Origin: Desulfobacterales bacterium
Lineage (GTDB): Bacteria; Desulfobacterota; Desulfobacteria; Desulfobacterales; Desulfosalsimonadaceae
Direction: 5' to 3'
Length of the DNA stretch: 64,000 bases
Assembly: GCA_046537995.1 (NCBI GenBank)
Contig: JBKHJS010000001.1
Span: 68-64,067 of the forward strand
Below the pieces are notes generated by a model, which did no database searches, was not told the DNA's origin, and saw only the letters and a program-made list of their open reading frames with translations. Shown here in pieces: positions 16,705 to 25,907 of this stretch (position 1 is its first letter; each line of letters starts with the position of its first letter). The translations under genes were made by a program, and so were the position numbers.

Positions 16705-17715
16705 ATGGAACGGATACTTGTAACCGGCGCGGCCGGGTTTATCGGTTTTCACCTGGCAGCCCGGCTGGCAGATGAAGGATGTACGGTTGCGGGCCTGGAC
16801 AACCTCAATGACTATTATGACGTGGGGCTGAAAAAGGCCCGCCTGGCAATTCTTGAAAAAAAACCCAATTTTTCTTTTTCGCAAATTGATCTAAGCGATC
16901 TGGGTTCGCTAAACGCACTGTTTGAATCCGGGCAATTTGACACTGTGGTCAACATGGCCGCCCAGGCCGGGGTGCGCTATTCCCTGGAAAACCCGCACGC
17001 CTATGTGGAGGCCAACCTGGTGGGGTTTGTCAACCTGCTGGAATGCTGCCGGCACCACTCGGTCGGTCACCTGGTGTTTGCCTCTTCGAGCTCGGTTTAC
17101 GGTGCAAACACGAAAATGCCGTTTTCCGTGCATGACAACGTGGATCATCCGGTATCCCTGTATGCGGCCAGCAAGAAGTCAAACGAGCTGCTGGCCCACA
17201 CCTACAGTCATCTCTACGGCCTGCCCTGCACCGGGCTGCGGTTTTTCACGGTTTACGGGCCCTGGGGGCGGCCGGACATGGCGCTTTTCCTGTTTACCCG
17301 GGCCATTTTGAACAACGAGCCCATCCAGGTATTTAACCACGGCAAAATGAAGCGGGATTTTACGTATATCGACGATATTATCGAGGGCGTGGTGCGGGTC
17401 ATGGCCAAACACCCGGATCCGGATCCGCAGTGGTCCGGCGATGATCCGGATCCGGGCACTTCGTATGTCCCTTACCGCATCTACAACATCGGCAACAACC
17501 GCCCCGAGCAGTTGATGCGATTTATCGAGGCGCTCGAAGAGGTCCTGGGACAGGCGGCGCAAAAGGAGTTCCTGGATCTGCAGCCCGGGGACGTTCCCGC
17601 CACGTGCGCCGATATCGATGATTTATACGATGCCGTGGGATTTAAGCCGGTAACGCCCATTGAAACCGGCATCCGCCGCTTTGTGGAGTGGTACCGCGAC
17701 TATTACGGAATCTGA
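16705..17715 (+). CDS. NAD-dependent nucleotide-sugar epimerase (UDP-glucuronate 4-epimerase-like, SDR family)
   Basis: [11 protein letters not shown] Rossmann motif, YAASK catalytic motif. 336 aa. Confidence 0.8.
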   Translation: MERILVTGAAGFIGFHLAARLADEGCTVAGLDNLNDYYDVGLKKARLAILEKKPNFSFSQIDLSDLGSLNALFESGQFDTVVNMAAQAGVRYSLENPHAYVEANLVGFVNLLECCRHHSVGHLVFASSSSVYGANTKMPFSVHDNVDHPVSLYAASKKSNELLAHTYSHLYGLPCTGLRFFTVYGPWGRPDMALFLFTRAILNNEPIQVFNHGKMKRDFTYIDDIIEGVVRVMAKHPDPDPQWSGDDPDPGTSYVPYRIYNIGNNRPEQLMRFIEALEEVLGQAAQKEFLDLQPGDVPATCADIDDLYDAVGFKPVTPIETGIRRFVEWYRDYYGI

Positions 17716-17723
17716 TTTCGCAC

Positions 17724-17924
17724 ATGCAGAAGGCACTGATCATCATCGGCATTGCAATCGTTCTGGCGGGCCTCTTCTGGCCGTGGCTGGCCAGGCTCCC
17801 CATCGGCCGACTTCCCGGAGACATCATCATCGACCGGCCCGGGATGAAGGTCTACATCCCCATTACCACCATGATCCTGGTGAGTATCATCGTCTCGATC
17901 ATCATGTGGATCCTTCGCAAGTAA
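17724..17924 (+). CDS. Small membrane protein, DUF2905 family
   Basis: MQKALIIIGIAIVLAGLFWPWLARLPIGRLPGDIIIDRPGMKVYIPITTMILVSIIVSIIMWILRK. LPGDI motif and two TM segments. Confidence 0.7.
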   Translation: MQKALIIIGIAIVLAGLFWPWLARLPIGRLPGDIIIDRPGMKVYIPITTMILVSIIVSIIMWILRK

Positions 17925-17984
17925 CGGGGCGAGCGCGGCCGTGTAAGGGGACGGAATTGAAATCTGTCTTGTACCCGTTCGCGT

Positions 17985-18016
17985 TTTTTTTCGAATTTCG
18001 TGCTTCGAATTTATGA
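17985..18016 (+). repeat. Solo right end of the MITE-like element (copy C, partial)
   Basis: TTTTCGAATTTCGTGCTTCGAATTTATG matches the right terminus of copies A, D and E. No left arm is present. Confidence 0.6.
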
Positions 18017-18091
18017 TCGAAATTTTTGGACAGTGCCGAAAAAGTGTTCTTTACTGGCCGAAGGAAGTGCGGCTGAGAAAAGGGGGAAGGG

Positions 18092-18167
18092 TGGTACGCC
18101 CGGCAGGATTCGAACCTGCGACTTTCAGCTCCGGAGGCTGACGCTCTATCCTCTGAGCTACGGGCGC
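18092..18167 (-). tRNA. tRNA-Arg (anticodon CCG)
   Basis: The reverse complement GCGCCCGTAGCTCAGAGGATAGAGCGTCAGCCTCCGGAGCTGAAAGTCGCAGGTTCGAATCCTGCCGGGCGTACCA folds as a cloverleaf. D arm GCTC/GAGC, anticodon stem TCAGC/GCTGA, loop CTCCGGA, T arm GCAGG/CCTGC, encoded CCA. Confidence 0.95.
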
Positions 18168-18222
18168 ACACGGCAAGCACCATAAAGGACGCGCATTTAG
18201 AAGTCAAGCAGGAATTGTTATT

Positions 18223-19527
18223 TTATCCGGCATTCAGCCAGTGCCCGTTTTCCAGGGCCGCCCGGGCCTCGCCCACCACGTATAGAGAACCGGCGATGCA
18301 TACCACGTCTTCAGGCAGGGTCGTGTCCATGGCCGTGGATACGGCCGTTGCAACGTCTTCTATGATCTCTGCGGGGCCGGTAAATTCCCGGGCCGCCTGC
18401 AAAAGGGTTTCTGCCGGCAGGCTGCGCTCAATTACGGGGCGGGTTAAAATCAGGCGGTCGCACAGGGGCAGCAGGGATTTGAGCATGGCCGCGTAGGGCT
18501 TGTCATCGAGAATGCCGATCACCATGGTCACACGGCGGTTTTGCGCGTAATCGGCAAGAAACGCGGCCAGGCGGCGCGCGGCGATCAGGTTGTGAGCCCC
18601 GTCGATGATGATGGACGGTCTGGTATCGAGTATTTCCAGGCGACCGGGCCATCGGTGGTTTTCCATGCCGTTTTTTATGGCATCCAGTGTCAGCGCGACA
18701 TTCTGCCGCATCAGTATTTCGCACGAGGCAAGCACGAGTGCGGCATTGTCGAGCTGATGGATTCCGCGCAGGGAAGAATGCATGTCTGTCCACCTGTGGT
18801 CCAGGCCGAGGTATGTAAATCCCGGTTCCCCGCCTTTTGTCCGCTTTCTCCGGATCCGGAAATCCTTGCCGCGCCGGAAAAGCGGTGCGTTTTTTTCCGC
18901 TGCGATGCCTTCGAGCACGCTGGCGGCCGATTTCTGGTGAACCCCGGTGACAGCCGGGGTCTCCGGCTTGATGATCCCGCCTTTTTCCGCTGCGATCTGT
19001 GCAATGGTGTTTCCCAGGTAGGCCTTGTGTTCCAGCGAAATATTGGAAATAACGCACAAAGCGGGCCTCAGAATGTTGGTGGCATCCAGCCGGCCGCCCA
19101 TGCCGGTTTCAATTACCGCCCAGTCAACATCTGCCTTGTCAAAGGCGTATAAGGCCATGGCAGTGGCATATTCGAAAAACGTGGGTTCCCGCTCTGCCGG
19201 GGCAACCGCCTTTACCGCCCGGTATGCCGCAACCACCCCGGAATCCGTTATCTGCTTGCCGTTGATGCATATGCGTTCGTTAAAACGCACCAGGTGCGGG
19301 GAGGTGTAGAGGCCCACCCGGTAGCCGGCCGCATGCAGGATGGCGGCAAGTGCCGAGGCAATGGAGCCCTTGCCGTTGGTGCCGGCCACGTGCATGGCGG
19401 AAAAGTTTTTTTCCGGTCTTCCCAGGCCCGCGAGTATTGTGTCAATGATGTCCAGGCCCAGTTTGATGCCGAATCTGCCGAGTGCAAAAATTTCGGCAAG
19501 GCACTGGTCATAGGCGCTTTGCGTCAT
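18223..19527 (-). CDS. folC: Bifunctional folylpolyglutamate synthase / dihydrofolate synthase
   Basis: Mur-ligase-type P-loop HVAGTNGKGS. 434 aa. Confidence 0.9.
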   Translation of the reverse strand: MTQSAYDQCLAEIFALGRFGIKLGLDIIDTILAGLGRPEKNFSAMHVAGTNGKGSIASALAAILHAAGYRVGLYTSPHLVRFNERICINGKQITDSGVVAAYRAVKAVAPAEREPTFFEYATAMALYAFDKADVDWAVIETGMGGRLDATNILRPALCVISNISLEHKAYLGNTIAQIAAEKGGIIKPETPAVTGVHQKSAASVLEGIAAEKNAPLFRRGKDFRIRRKRTKGGEPGFTYLGLDHRWTDMHSSLRGIHQLDNAALVLASCEILMRQNVALTLDAIKNGMENHRWPGRLEILDTRPSIIIDGAHNLIAARRLAAFLADYAQNRRVTMVIGILDDKPYAAMLKSLLPLCDRLILTRPVIERSLPAETLLQAAREFTGPAEIIEDVATAVSTAMDTTLPEDVVCIAGSLYVVGEARAALENGHWLNAG

Positions 19528-19556
19528 GGCGTCAGCTTTCCGGGAAAGGGCTGCAT

Positions 19557-19593
19557 AAAAAACCCGGCGGCAATGGAAGCCGGCCGGGTTTTT
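19557..19593. terminator. Bidirectional intrinsic terminator after rpsU (AACCCGGC ... GCCGGGTT flanked by A- and T-runs)
   Basis: 8-bp stem at 19561-19568 / 19583-19590, with an A-run before and a T-run after. Confidence 0.65.
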
Positions 19594-19635
19594 GAGGAAA
19601 TATGATGCTTTGTTGCTGCATCCATGCTGCAGGTA

Positions 19636-19851
19636 TCAGGACCTGCGGGATCGCATACGTTTCTTGGCTTCGGCAATCCGCTGGCGACGCAGGGCTTCGC
19701 GTTTTTTGCGACGTCTGTATTCGCTGGGCTTCTCGTAGTTCTTCTTCAGCCGCAACCGCTTGAACATGCCGTCATTCTGAATTTTCTTCTTAAGGACGCG
19801 CATGGCCTTTTCAAGGTCGTTGTCTTCTACTTTGACCGCGATTTCCTTCAA
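19636..19851 (-). CDS. rpsU: 30S ribosomal protein S21
   Basis: KEIAVKVEDNDLEKAMRVLKKKIQNDGMFKRLRLKKNYEKPSEYRRRKKREA. The probable TTG start at 19851 lies 8 nt after AAGGGGG. The ORF track starts three codons earlier at TTG 19860. Confidence 0.9.
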   Translation of the reverse strand: MKEIAVKVEDNDLEKAMRVLKKKIQNDGMFKRLRLKKNYEKPSEYRRRKKREALRRQRIAEAKKRMRSRRS

Positions 19852-19891
19852 ATATTTCAACCCCCTTTACAAAAAGATTTGGTTACCTTGT

Positions 19892-19919
19892 ATCTTAAGA
19901 TGTTATGCAGAAATGTCAA
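19892..19919 (-). promoter_or_regulatory. Putative rpsU promoter TTGACA-N16-TAAGAT
   Basis: Minus strand: TTGACA at 19919-19914 and TAAGAT at 19897-19892. Confidence 0.4.
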
Positions 19920-19962
19920 ACCATCGAAACCCTGCAGCCCCGGACGTCCGCCGGCAGCAAAA

Positions 19963-20643
19963 CTATGCGGGAAGCTTGGAGACCAACTCATCTGCAACTT
20001 CCTTGACGCTGTTTTTGCCGTCAAGGGTAATATACTGCATGTTCGGGTCTTTTTCGGCCACATCCCGGAAGTAATACGCCGCGGCCAGGGTGCCGTTTTC
20101 CGTATCATAGTAGATGCCATGGCGTTTGTCGATGGCAGCCTCGTCCTGGTCATCTGAGCGGGTCTGCAGTTCGCCGCCGCATACCCGGCACTTGTCCCCG
20201 TCCGGCTTGATGGCGTCAATGAAAATGTTGTTGGGATGGTTGTTGTCGTTGACGCAGAGACGGCGGCCCATGATCCGGTTTTTGGCGATTTCCCGGTCAA
20301 GCTCGATTTCCACTACGATATCCAGGTTCATCCCCTCCTTTTTCAGCGCCTCGTGGAGCTTGATGGCCTGGTTTTTGTTTCTGGGAAAACCGTCCAGGAG
20401 CCACCCGTTTTTGCAATCGTCTTCTTTGAGCCGATCGAGGATCATCGGAATGGTGATATCGTCGGGCACGAGTTCGCCCTTGTCAATGTAGGCCTTGGCC
20501 TGCTTGCCCATTTCGGTCCCGCCCTTGATGTTTTCCCGGAAAATGGCACCGGATTCAATATGCGGAGTGTTGAATTTTTCCTTGAGAATCGCTCCCTGCG
20601 TGCCCTTGCCGCTTCCGTTGGGCCCGAAAAACAAAATGTTCAT
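19963..20643 (-). CDS. adk: Adenylate kinase (long lid with Zn-ribbon)
   Basis: GPNGSGKGTQ P-loop. The lid has CVNDNNH...CRVCGG. 226 aa. Confidence 0.95.
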   Translation of the reverse strand: MNILFFGPNGSGKGTQGAILKEKFNTPHIESGAIFRENIKGGTEMGKQAKAYIDKGELVPDDITIPMILDRLKEDDCKNGWLLDGFPRNKNQAIKLHEALKKEGMNLDIVVEIELDREIAKNRIMGRRLCVNDNNHPNNIFIDAIKPDGDKCRVCGGELQTRSDDQDEAAIDKRHGIYYDTENGTLAAAYYFRDVAEKDPNMQYITLDGKNSVKEVADELVSKLPA

Positions 20644-20719
20644 AGCCGCTTACTCCTTTTGCCAGAGGTTTACATCAATGCCGAAAACCGTTTTACGGGT
20701 ATCATTTGCAAAATGCACT

Positions 20720-20748
20720 TCAATACTAAAAAGGATGTTTCCTGTCAA
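20720..20748 (-). promoter_or_regulatory. Putative adk promoter TTGACA-N17-TATTGA
   Basis: Minus strand: TTGACA at 20748-20743 and TATTGA at 20725-20720. Confidence 0.4.
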
Positions 20749-20814
20749 GCCCAGTTTGAAGGGGTATACAAAAAAGTCGGATACGGCGTGTCGGGCACGG
20801 ATTTTCTGCGTTGT

Positions 20815-22188
20815 TCACCCGCTCGATTTCTCGAGATTTTTTTTGACAAACGCCAGGGCCTGCTCCCGGTTTTCCAGGCTTCCGGCCAGCCGTTTTTCCT
20901 CCACCTGCCGCAGGATCCGGGCAAACCGCGGCGAGGGCTCAAGGCCGAAGACTTCGATGAGATCGCGGCCGGTAATCAGGGGGGGGCGGCGGGCTGCCGG
21001 CATGTGCTCGTTTGCATATCTGGCAAGAAGCATGCGGGCAAATTCCGTAAAACCGGAGTCTCCCGATTCCTTTTTGCCCGCCATGTCCGCGGCTGCCAGC
21101 AGGAGCAGGTCCGGCGTCCAGGGCGCGGTTTTCATGAAAAACCGGCTGACGGTTTCGGCCCGGAGTTTTGCTTTCTGGTGGAGAAGATACAAAAAAAGCG
21201 GCCGGAGGTGATTTTTGACCAGAAAGACCGCGTATTGGCTATCCGCATTGGAAAAGCGCATGCGTTGGTTTATTTCCCGTGCCATTTCGGCCCCTTTGGT
21301 TTCGTGCCCGTAAAAATGGATACCGCCGTGTTCATCCGCGGTTTTGCACCGGGGCTTGCCAAGATCATGGATGAGCGCGGCATGCTTGATCAGGGGCAGG
21401 TTTTCCGGGTCTGCCGGCAGATCCCGGTTTTCCCGGTCAGAAGACAGCGCGGGTGCATTTTCGTGCAGTATTTGTTCCAGGCCCTGGCATACCTCCATGG
21501 TATGTTCAAATGCATCCGCCCGGTGATGCTGATTCTGGGTGCAGCCCCGGAGATCCCCGAGTTCCGGGATCAGGGCTTCGAGCAGGCCGCCTTGGTGCAT
21601 CTGCCAAAGCAGGTCCGTGCAATCCGGAGTTTCCAACAGCTTCAGCCATTCCTCCCGGATGCGCTCGCCGGCGATTCCCGCAATTTTTTGCGGCCGCCGG
21701 GCAATGGCGGCCAGGGTCTGGGGCTCCACGGAAAATTCCAGGACCCCAGCCATTCGAAAAGCACGGAGCAGTCTGAGCGGATCGGCGTCAAATGCCCCGG
21801 GCGCAACCATGCGCACCAGGCGGTCGGCCAGGTCCTTCCTGCCGCCGGCCGGATCAATGATCTCTTCGGTTTTGACATTGAGCGCCATGGCATTTATTGT
21901 GAAATCTCGGCGGAGCAGATCAGCGGTGATGTCTTTTCCCTGGATTGCGGATACGTCGTAGGTTTCCGAGCCGGCAACGATACGGTACACGCACTGTCCG
22001 GGTTTGCCCATGACCACGACCCGCCTGCCGGCTGCAGCCGCAATGGATTCGGCAACTCCGGCGGGATCTGCTGTGACAGCCAGGTCATAATCCGCAGTGG
22101 GCCTGCCGATCATCCAGTCGCGCACGGTACCGCCAACCAGATAAATGCCGGGCTTGCGGGGTAAAAATTTCGGGTTGATTAAAATCAT
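20815..22188 (-). CDS. cca: tRNA nucleotidyltransferase (CCA-adding enzyme / poly(A) polymerase family) with HD domain
   Basis: GGTVRD, DYDLAV, RRDFTINAMA head-domain motifs. C-terminal HD region (LIHDLGK). 457 aa. Confidence 0.85.
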   Translation of the reverse strand: MILINPKFLPRKPGIYLVGGTVRDWMIGRPTADYDLAVTADPAGVAESIAAAAGRRVVVMGKPGQCVYRIVAGSETYDVSAIQGKDITADLLRRDFTINAMALNVKTEEIIDPAGGRKDLADRLVRMVAPGAFDADPLRLLRAFRMAGVLEFSVEPQTLAAIARRPQKIAGIAGERIREEWLKLLETPDCTDLLWQMHQGGLLEALIPELGDLRGCTQNQHHRADAFEHTMEVCQGLEQILHENAPALSSDRENRDLPADPENLPLIKHAALIHDLGKPRCKTADEHGGIHFYGHETKGAEMAREINQRMRFSNADSQYAVFLVKNHLRPLFLYLLHQKAKLRAETVSRFFMKTAPWTPDLLLLAAADMAGKKESGDSGFTEFARMLLARYANEHMPAARRPPLITGRDLIEVFGLEPSPRFARILRQVEEKRLAGSLENREQALAFVKKNLEKSSG

Positions 22189-22253
22189 TTTTTCGGGTAT
22201 GAGAATATCCTTTTATTACCGCTACTCATTAGCGGAAATGATGCGCTGTTGCA

Positions 22254-22898
22254 ATGAATATCACAGATTCCCGCACAGATGGCTGCCGCCGCCTGCTGAA
22301 GCTCGGTGTGACCGGCGGCGTGGGTTCCGGCAAGTCACTGGTGTGCCGGCGGCTCCGGGAGCTCGGCGTATCGGTATGCAGCGCCGATGAGCTGGCACGA
22401 CAGGCAGTTGCGCCCGGAACAAGGGCCTACGAGCAAATCGTGCACCACTTCGGCCGGCAAATCCTGACCCCTGACGGAGGCATCGACCGGGCCGGCCTGC
22501 GCCGGATTATCGTCGACGATGACACGGCCCGAAAGACCCTGGAGAGCCTCGTTCACCCGGAGGTCATGCGGCAGATGGAAAAGCATTTTGCGGCCGCGGA
22601 AAAACAAGGGGCATCCATGGTCGCCGCTGAAGTGCCGTTGTTGTTTGAAGCCGGACTGGAATCGTTTTTCGATGCGGTCATCCTGGTCAGCGGGGACATG
22701 GAGAACCGGCTTCAGCGGGTGATGGCCCGGGACAATGTGAGCCGGCAGGAGGCCGAGGCGTTGATGAAGACCCAGATGCCCGAAGCGCAGAAGCGACAAC
22801 GCGCGGATTATGTTATTGACAACAACGGGCGCATCGGTCGAATGCAGGGGGAAGTGGACCGGATTTATGCGGAATTGCGCGCGGCATGTAAAACCTAA
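22254..22898 (+). CDS. coaE: Dephospho-CoA kinase
   Basis: VTGGVGSGKS P-loop. 214 aa. Confidence 0.85.
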   Translation: MNITDSRTDGCRRLLKLGVTGGVGSGKSLVCRRLRELGVSVCSADELARQAVAPGTRAYEQIVHHFGRQILTPDGGIDRAGLRRIIVDDDTARKTLESLVHPEVMRQMEKHFAAAEKQGASMVAAEVPLLFEAGLESFFDAVILVSGDMENRLQRVMARDNVSRQEAEALMKTQMPEAQKRQRADYVIDNNGRIGRMQGEVDRIYAELRAACKT

Positions 22899-22899
22899 A

Positions 22900-22963
22900 T
22901 CGTTCAATTTAGGTAAAAAAAAGGGCGAAAATGATTGACATGAAAACCTTTGTGTTTTATTTA
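22900..22963 (+). promoter_or_regulatory. rho promoter region: conserved motif TCGTTCAATTTAGGT (22900-22914), then TTGACA (22935-22940), N17, TATTTA (22958-22963)
   Basis: Read directly. The motif recurs at 26789-26803 and 55178-55192. Confidence 0.5.
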
Positions 22964-23257
22964 TTAAACAAACGTACCTGCCTCCCGGACGTTTGATATC
23001 GTTGCCGCGTTTCCTTCTTAAACATCTTAAAATCAGGCCTCTTATTACCTAATTCTTGAATAAATACAAAAGCTTGTGATTTGTCGCTGCAGATGCCCTG
23101 CAAAAGCGGGTTCCCGCAATTGACTGCCGGAAATATAAGCGGCATGCGCAGGGGGCCGCGGGTGCAGCCGCAATATTACGCAATATTGAATGACGATTGT
23201 GCTTTCGTGACAATCGATCAGGGTAAAAATAGGAGAAAAAACAGGGAATGGTACTAA

Positions 23258-24505
23258 ATGAACATTGTTGAATTAAAAAACAAAAAAATTAACGAACTCA
23301 CCCGGATGGCCAAGAAGTTCAACATTGAAAACGTTGGCCGGATGCGCAAGCAGGAGCTGATTTTTTCACTGCTGCAGGCGCACATTGAAAAAAACGGTTT
23401 GATCTACGGCGAAGGGACTCTGGAAATTCTGCCGGACGGATTCGGCTTTTTGCGGTCTCATGACTGCAACTACCTTCCGGGACCGGATGATATTTACGTC
23501 TCGCCCTCCCAGATCCGCCGGTTCAGCCTGAAGACCGGGGACACCGTATCCGGGCAGATCCGCCAGCCCAAGGAGTCGGAGCGGTATTTCGCCCTGCTCA
23601 AGGTGGAGGCGATCAATTTCGAGGAGCCCGAGTCCGCGCGGGAAAAGATCCTGTTTGACAACCTCACGCCGCTGTTTCCGGAAAAGAAGGTCAAGCTGGA
23701 ACGGGAGGCCGACAATTACTCCATGCGGATCATGGACCTGATGACGCCGCTGGGTTTCGGCCAGCGCGGGTTGATCGTTTCCCCGCCCCGAACCGGAAAG
23801 ACCATGCTCCTCAAGAATATCGCCAACAGCATCATCGGCAACCATAAAAATGTCATGCCGTTTGTGGTGTTAATCGATGAACGCCCGGAAGAAGTCACGG
23901 ACATGCAGCGCTCCGTGGATGCCGAAGTGGTCAGCTCCACCTTTGACGAGCCGGCTGAGCGCCATGTGCAGGTGGCCGAGATGGTGGCCGAGAAGGCTAA
24001 GCGTCTGGTGGAGCACAAAAATCACGTGGTGATTTTGCTCGACAGCATTACGCGCCTGGCCCGGGCATACAACATGACCGTGCCTTCCAGCGGCAAGCTG
24101 CTTTCCGGCGGTGTGGATGCAAATGCCCTGCACCGGCCCAAGCGGTTCTTCGGGGCCGCCCGAAATATCGAGGAAGGCGGCAGCCTCACGGTCATTGCCA
24201 CTGCCCTGATTGATACCGGCAGCCGGATGGACGAGGTGATCTTTGAGGAATTCAAGGGCACGGGCAACATGGAGCTGCACCTGGACCGCAAGCTGTCGGA
24301 CCGCCGCATGTACCCGGCCATTGACATCAACCGCTCCGGTACCCGCAAGGAAGAACTGCTTTTGGATGCTGACGCGCTAAACCGGGTCTGGATCCTGCGC
24401 AAGCTGCTTTCTCCCTTAAATCCTATTGACAGCCTTGAATTTTTGCTCGATAAGATGAAGGGCACAAAAACGAACAAGGAGTTTCTGGACGCAATGAATT
24501 CGTAA
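23258..24505 (+). CDS. rho: Transcription termination factor Rho
   Basis: N-terminal Rho_N/RNA-binding domain (GFGFLR), Walker A SPPRTGKT. 415 aa. Confidence 0.97.
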   Translation: MNIVELKNKKINELTRMAKKFNIENVGRMRKQELIFSLLQAHIEKNGLIYGEGTLEILPDGFGFLRSHDCNYLPGPDDIYVSPSQIRRFSLKTGDTVSGQIRQPKESERYFALLKVEAINFEEPESAREKILFDNLTPLFPEKKVKLEREADNYSMRIMDLMTPLGFGQRGLIVSPPRTGKTMLLKNIANSIIGNHKNVMPFVVLIDERPEEVTDMQRSVDAEVVSSTFDEPAERHVQVAEMVAEKAKRLVEHKNHVVILLDSITRLARAYNMTVPSSGKLLSGGVDANALHRPKRFFGAARNIEEGGSLTVIATALIDTGSRMDEVIFEEFKGTGNMELHLDRKLSDRRMYPAIDINRSGTRKEELLLDADALNRVWILRKLLSPLNPIDSLEFLLDKMKGTKTNKEFLDAMNS

Positions 24506-24518
24506 AATCCCCGGTCCG

Positions 24519-24552
24519 GAACCTTGAACCTTGAACCTTGAACTTTAATCTT
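24519..24552 (+). repeat. Tandem heptamers (GAACCTT)x3, then GAACTTT and a decayed AATCTT unit, just 5' of the rpmE SD
   Basis: Reads GAACCTT GAACCTT GAACCTT GAACTTT AATCTT, then GAGGTG, then the ATG at 24565. Confidence 0.85.
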
Positions 24553-24564
24553 GAGGTGCGTGAG

Positions 24565-24789
24565 ATGAAAAAAGACATTCACCCGGAATATCAGGAAACA
24601 ACCATCCGCTGTGCATGCGGCAACGAAATCACCGTGGGCTCCACCCGCGACAATATTTCCGTGGAAATCTGCTCCCAGTGCCATCCATTTTACACCGGCA
24701 AGCAGAAGCTGGTGGACTCGGCCGGCCGGATTGAGCGGTTCCGCCGCAAATATGCGCAGGCCGGTTATCAGCCCAAGGGCAAAAAGTAA
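24565..24789 (+). CDS. rpmE: 50S ribosomal protein L31
   Basis: [21 protein letters not shown]...[10 protein letters not shown]. The start is re-called from 24538. Confidence 0.95.
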   Translation: MKKDIHPEYQETTIRCACGNEITVGSTRDNISVEICSQCHPFYTGKQKLVDSAGRIERFRRKYAQAGYQPKGKK

Positions 24790-24800
24790 ACAGGCATTGA

Positions 24801-25907
24801 TTGTCCATGTTTGAACGTTTAGACGGAATTGAAAAGCGTTACGCGGAACTGGAAAGACTGCTATCGGATCCCGCGGTGGTAGGCGACCGGGAGCTGTATC
24901 CCAAGTACGTCCGGGAACACTCGGAACTGGGAAAAATCGTGGAGGTCTACCGGGAATACCGCCAGGTGCGACAGGAGCTTGAACAGAGCCGGGAATTGCT
25001 CTCAGACAGCGACCCGGAGATGCGGGATATGGCCAAAAGTGAAATTGAGTCGCTCAATGCCCGGCAGTCCGAACTGGAAGTATCCCTGAAAAAGCTGCTG
25101 ATTCCCAGGGATCCCAATGACGAAAAAAACGTGATCCTCGAAATCCGCGCCGGAACCGGCGGCGAGGAGGCCAGCCTGTTTGCCGGGGACCTGTTTCGCA
25201 TGTATTCCCGATATGCAGAATCCAAGGGCTGGAAAGTGGAACTCATTGATACCCACTGGACGGACTCGGGCGGCTTCAAGGAAGTCATTGCCATGGTCAA
25301 GGGCAGGGGGGCCTACAGTAATCTGAAATACGAAAGCGGGACCCATCGGGTGCAGCGGGTGCCCAGCACCGAGACCCAGGGCCGGATTCATACCTCTGCG
25401 GTTACCGTGGCGGTTCTGCCGGAAGCCGAGGACGTGGAGGTCAACCTTGATCCCAACGACATCGAGGTGGATGTGTTCCGCTCCAGCGGCCCGGGCGGAC
25501 AGTCGGTGAACACCACGGACTCGGCCGTGCGGCTCACCCACGCACCCAGCGGCCTGGTGGTCACCTGCCAGGATGAAAAATCCCAGCACAAAAACAAGGC
25601 AAAGGCCATGCAGGTGCTGCGCGCCCGTCTCTACGACATCCAGGTACAGGAGCAGAATGACAAGATCACCCAGGAGCGGCGCAACCAGGTGGGCAGCGGG
25701 GATAGAAGCGAACGGATCCGGACCTATAATTTTCCACAGGGACGCGTGACCGACCACCGGATCGGACTGACCCTGTATAAGCTCGAGCAGGTGCTGCAGG
25801 GCGCCCTGGATGAGATCGTCGACGAGCTGGCCACCCATTACCAGGCGCAGGCTTTACAGAATGCCGAATCACAAGTCGCAGAAACCGCAGACCTGGACCG
25901 TTCTTGA
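24801..25907 (+). CDS. prfA: Peptide chain release factor 1
   Basis: PSTETQ (PxT-type stop-codon recognition motif) and SGPGGQSVN (GGQ). Confidence 0.95.
   Translation: MSMFERLDGIEKRYAELERLLSDPAVVGDRELYPKYVREHSELGKIVEVYREYRQVRQELEQSRELLSDSDPEMRDMAKSEIESLNARQSELEVSLKKLLIPRDPNDEKNVILEIRAGTGGEEASLFAGDLFRMYSRYAESKGWKVELIDTHWTDSGGFKEVIAMVKGRGAYSNLKYESGTHRVQRVPSTETQGRIHTSAVTVAVLPEAEDVEVNLDPNDIEVDVFRSSGPGGQSVNTTDSAVRLTHAPSGLVVTCQDEKSQHKNKAKAMQVLRARLYDIQVQEQNDKITQERRNQVGSGDRSERIRTYNFPQGRVTDHRIGLTLYKLEQVLQGALDEIVDELATHYQAQALQNAESQVAETADLDRS

Noticed and set aside
20236-22164. 642-aa plus-strand ORF overlapping adk and cca
   Set aside because: It is antisense to two well-supported genes. It has no motifs and no SD, and its composition is dominated by G/R/P/F runs. 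I treat it as a GC artefact.
22900-22914. Interpreting the TCAATTTAGGT motif as an IHF site
   Set aside because: Compared with WATCAA-N4-TTR, the motif matches only the CTCAA part and has GGT where TTR is required. The spacing to the -35 box also varies, so I leave the binding factor unassigned.
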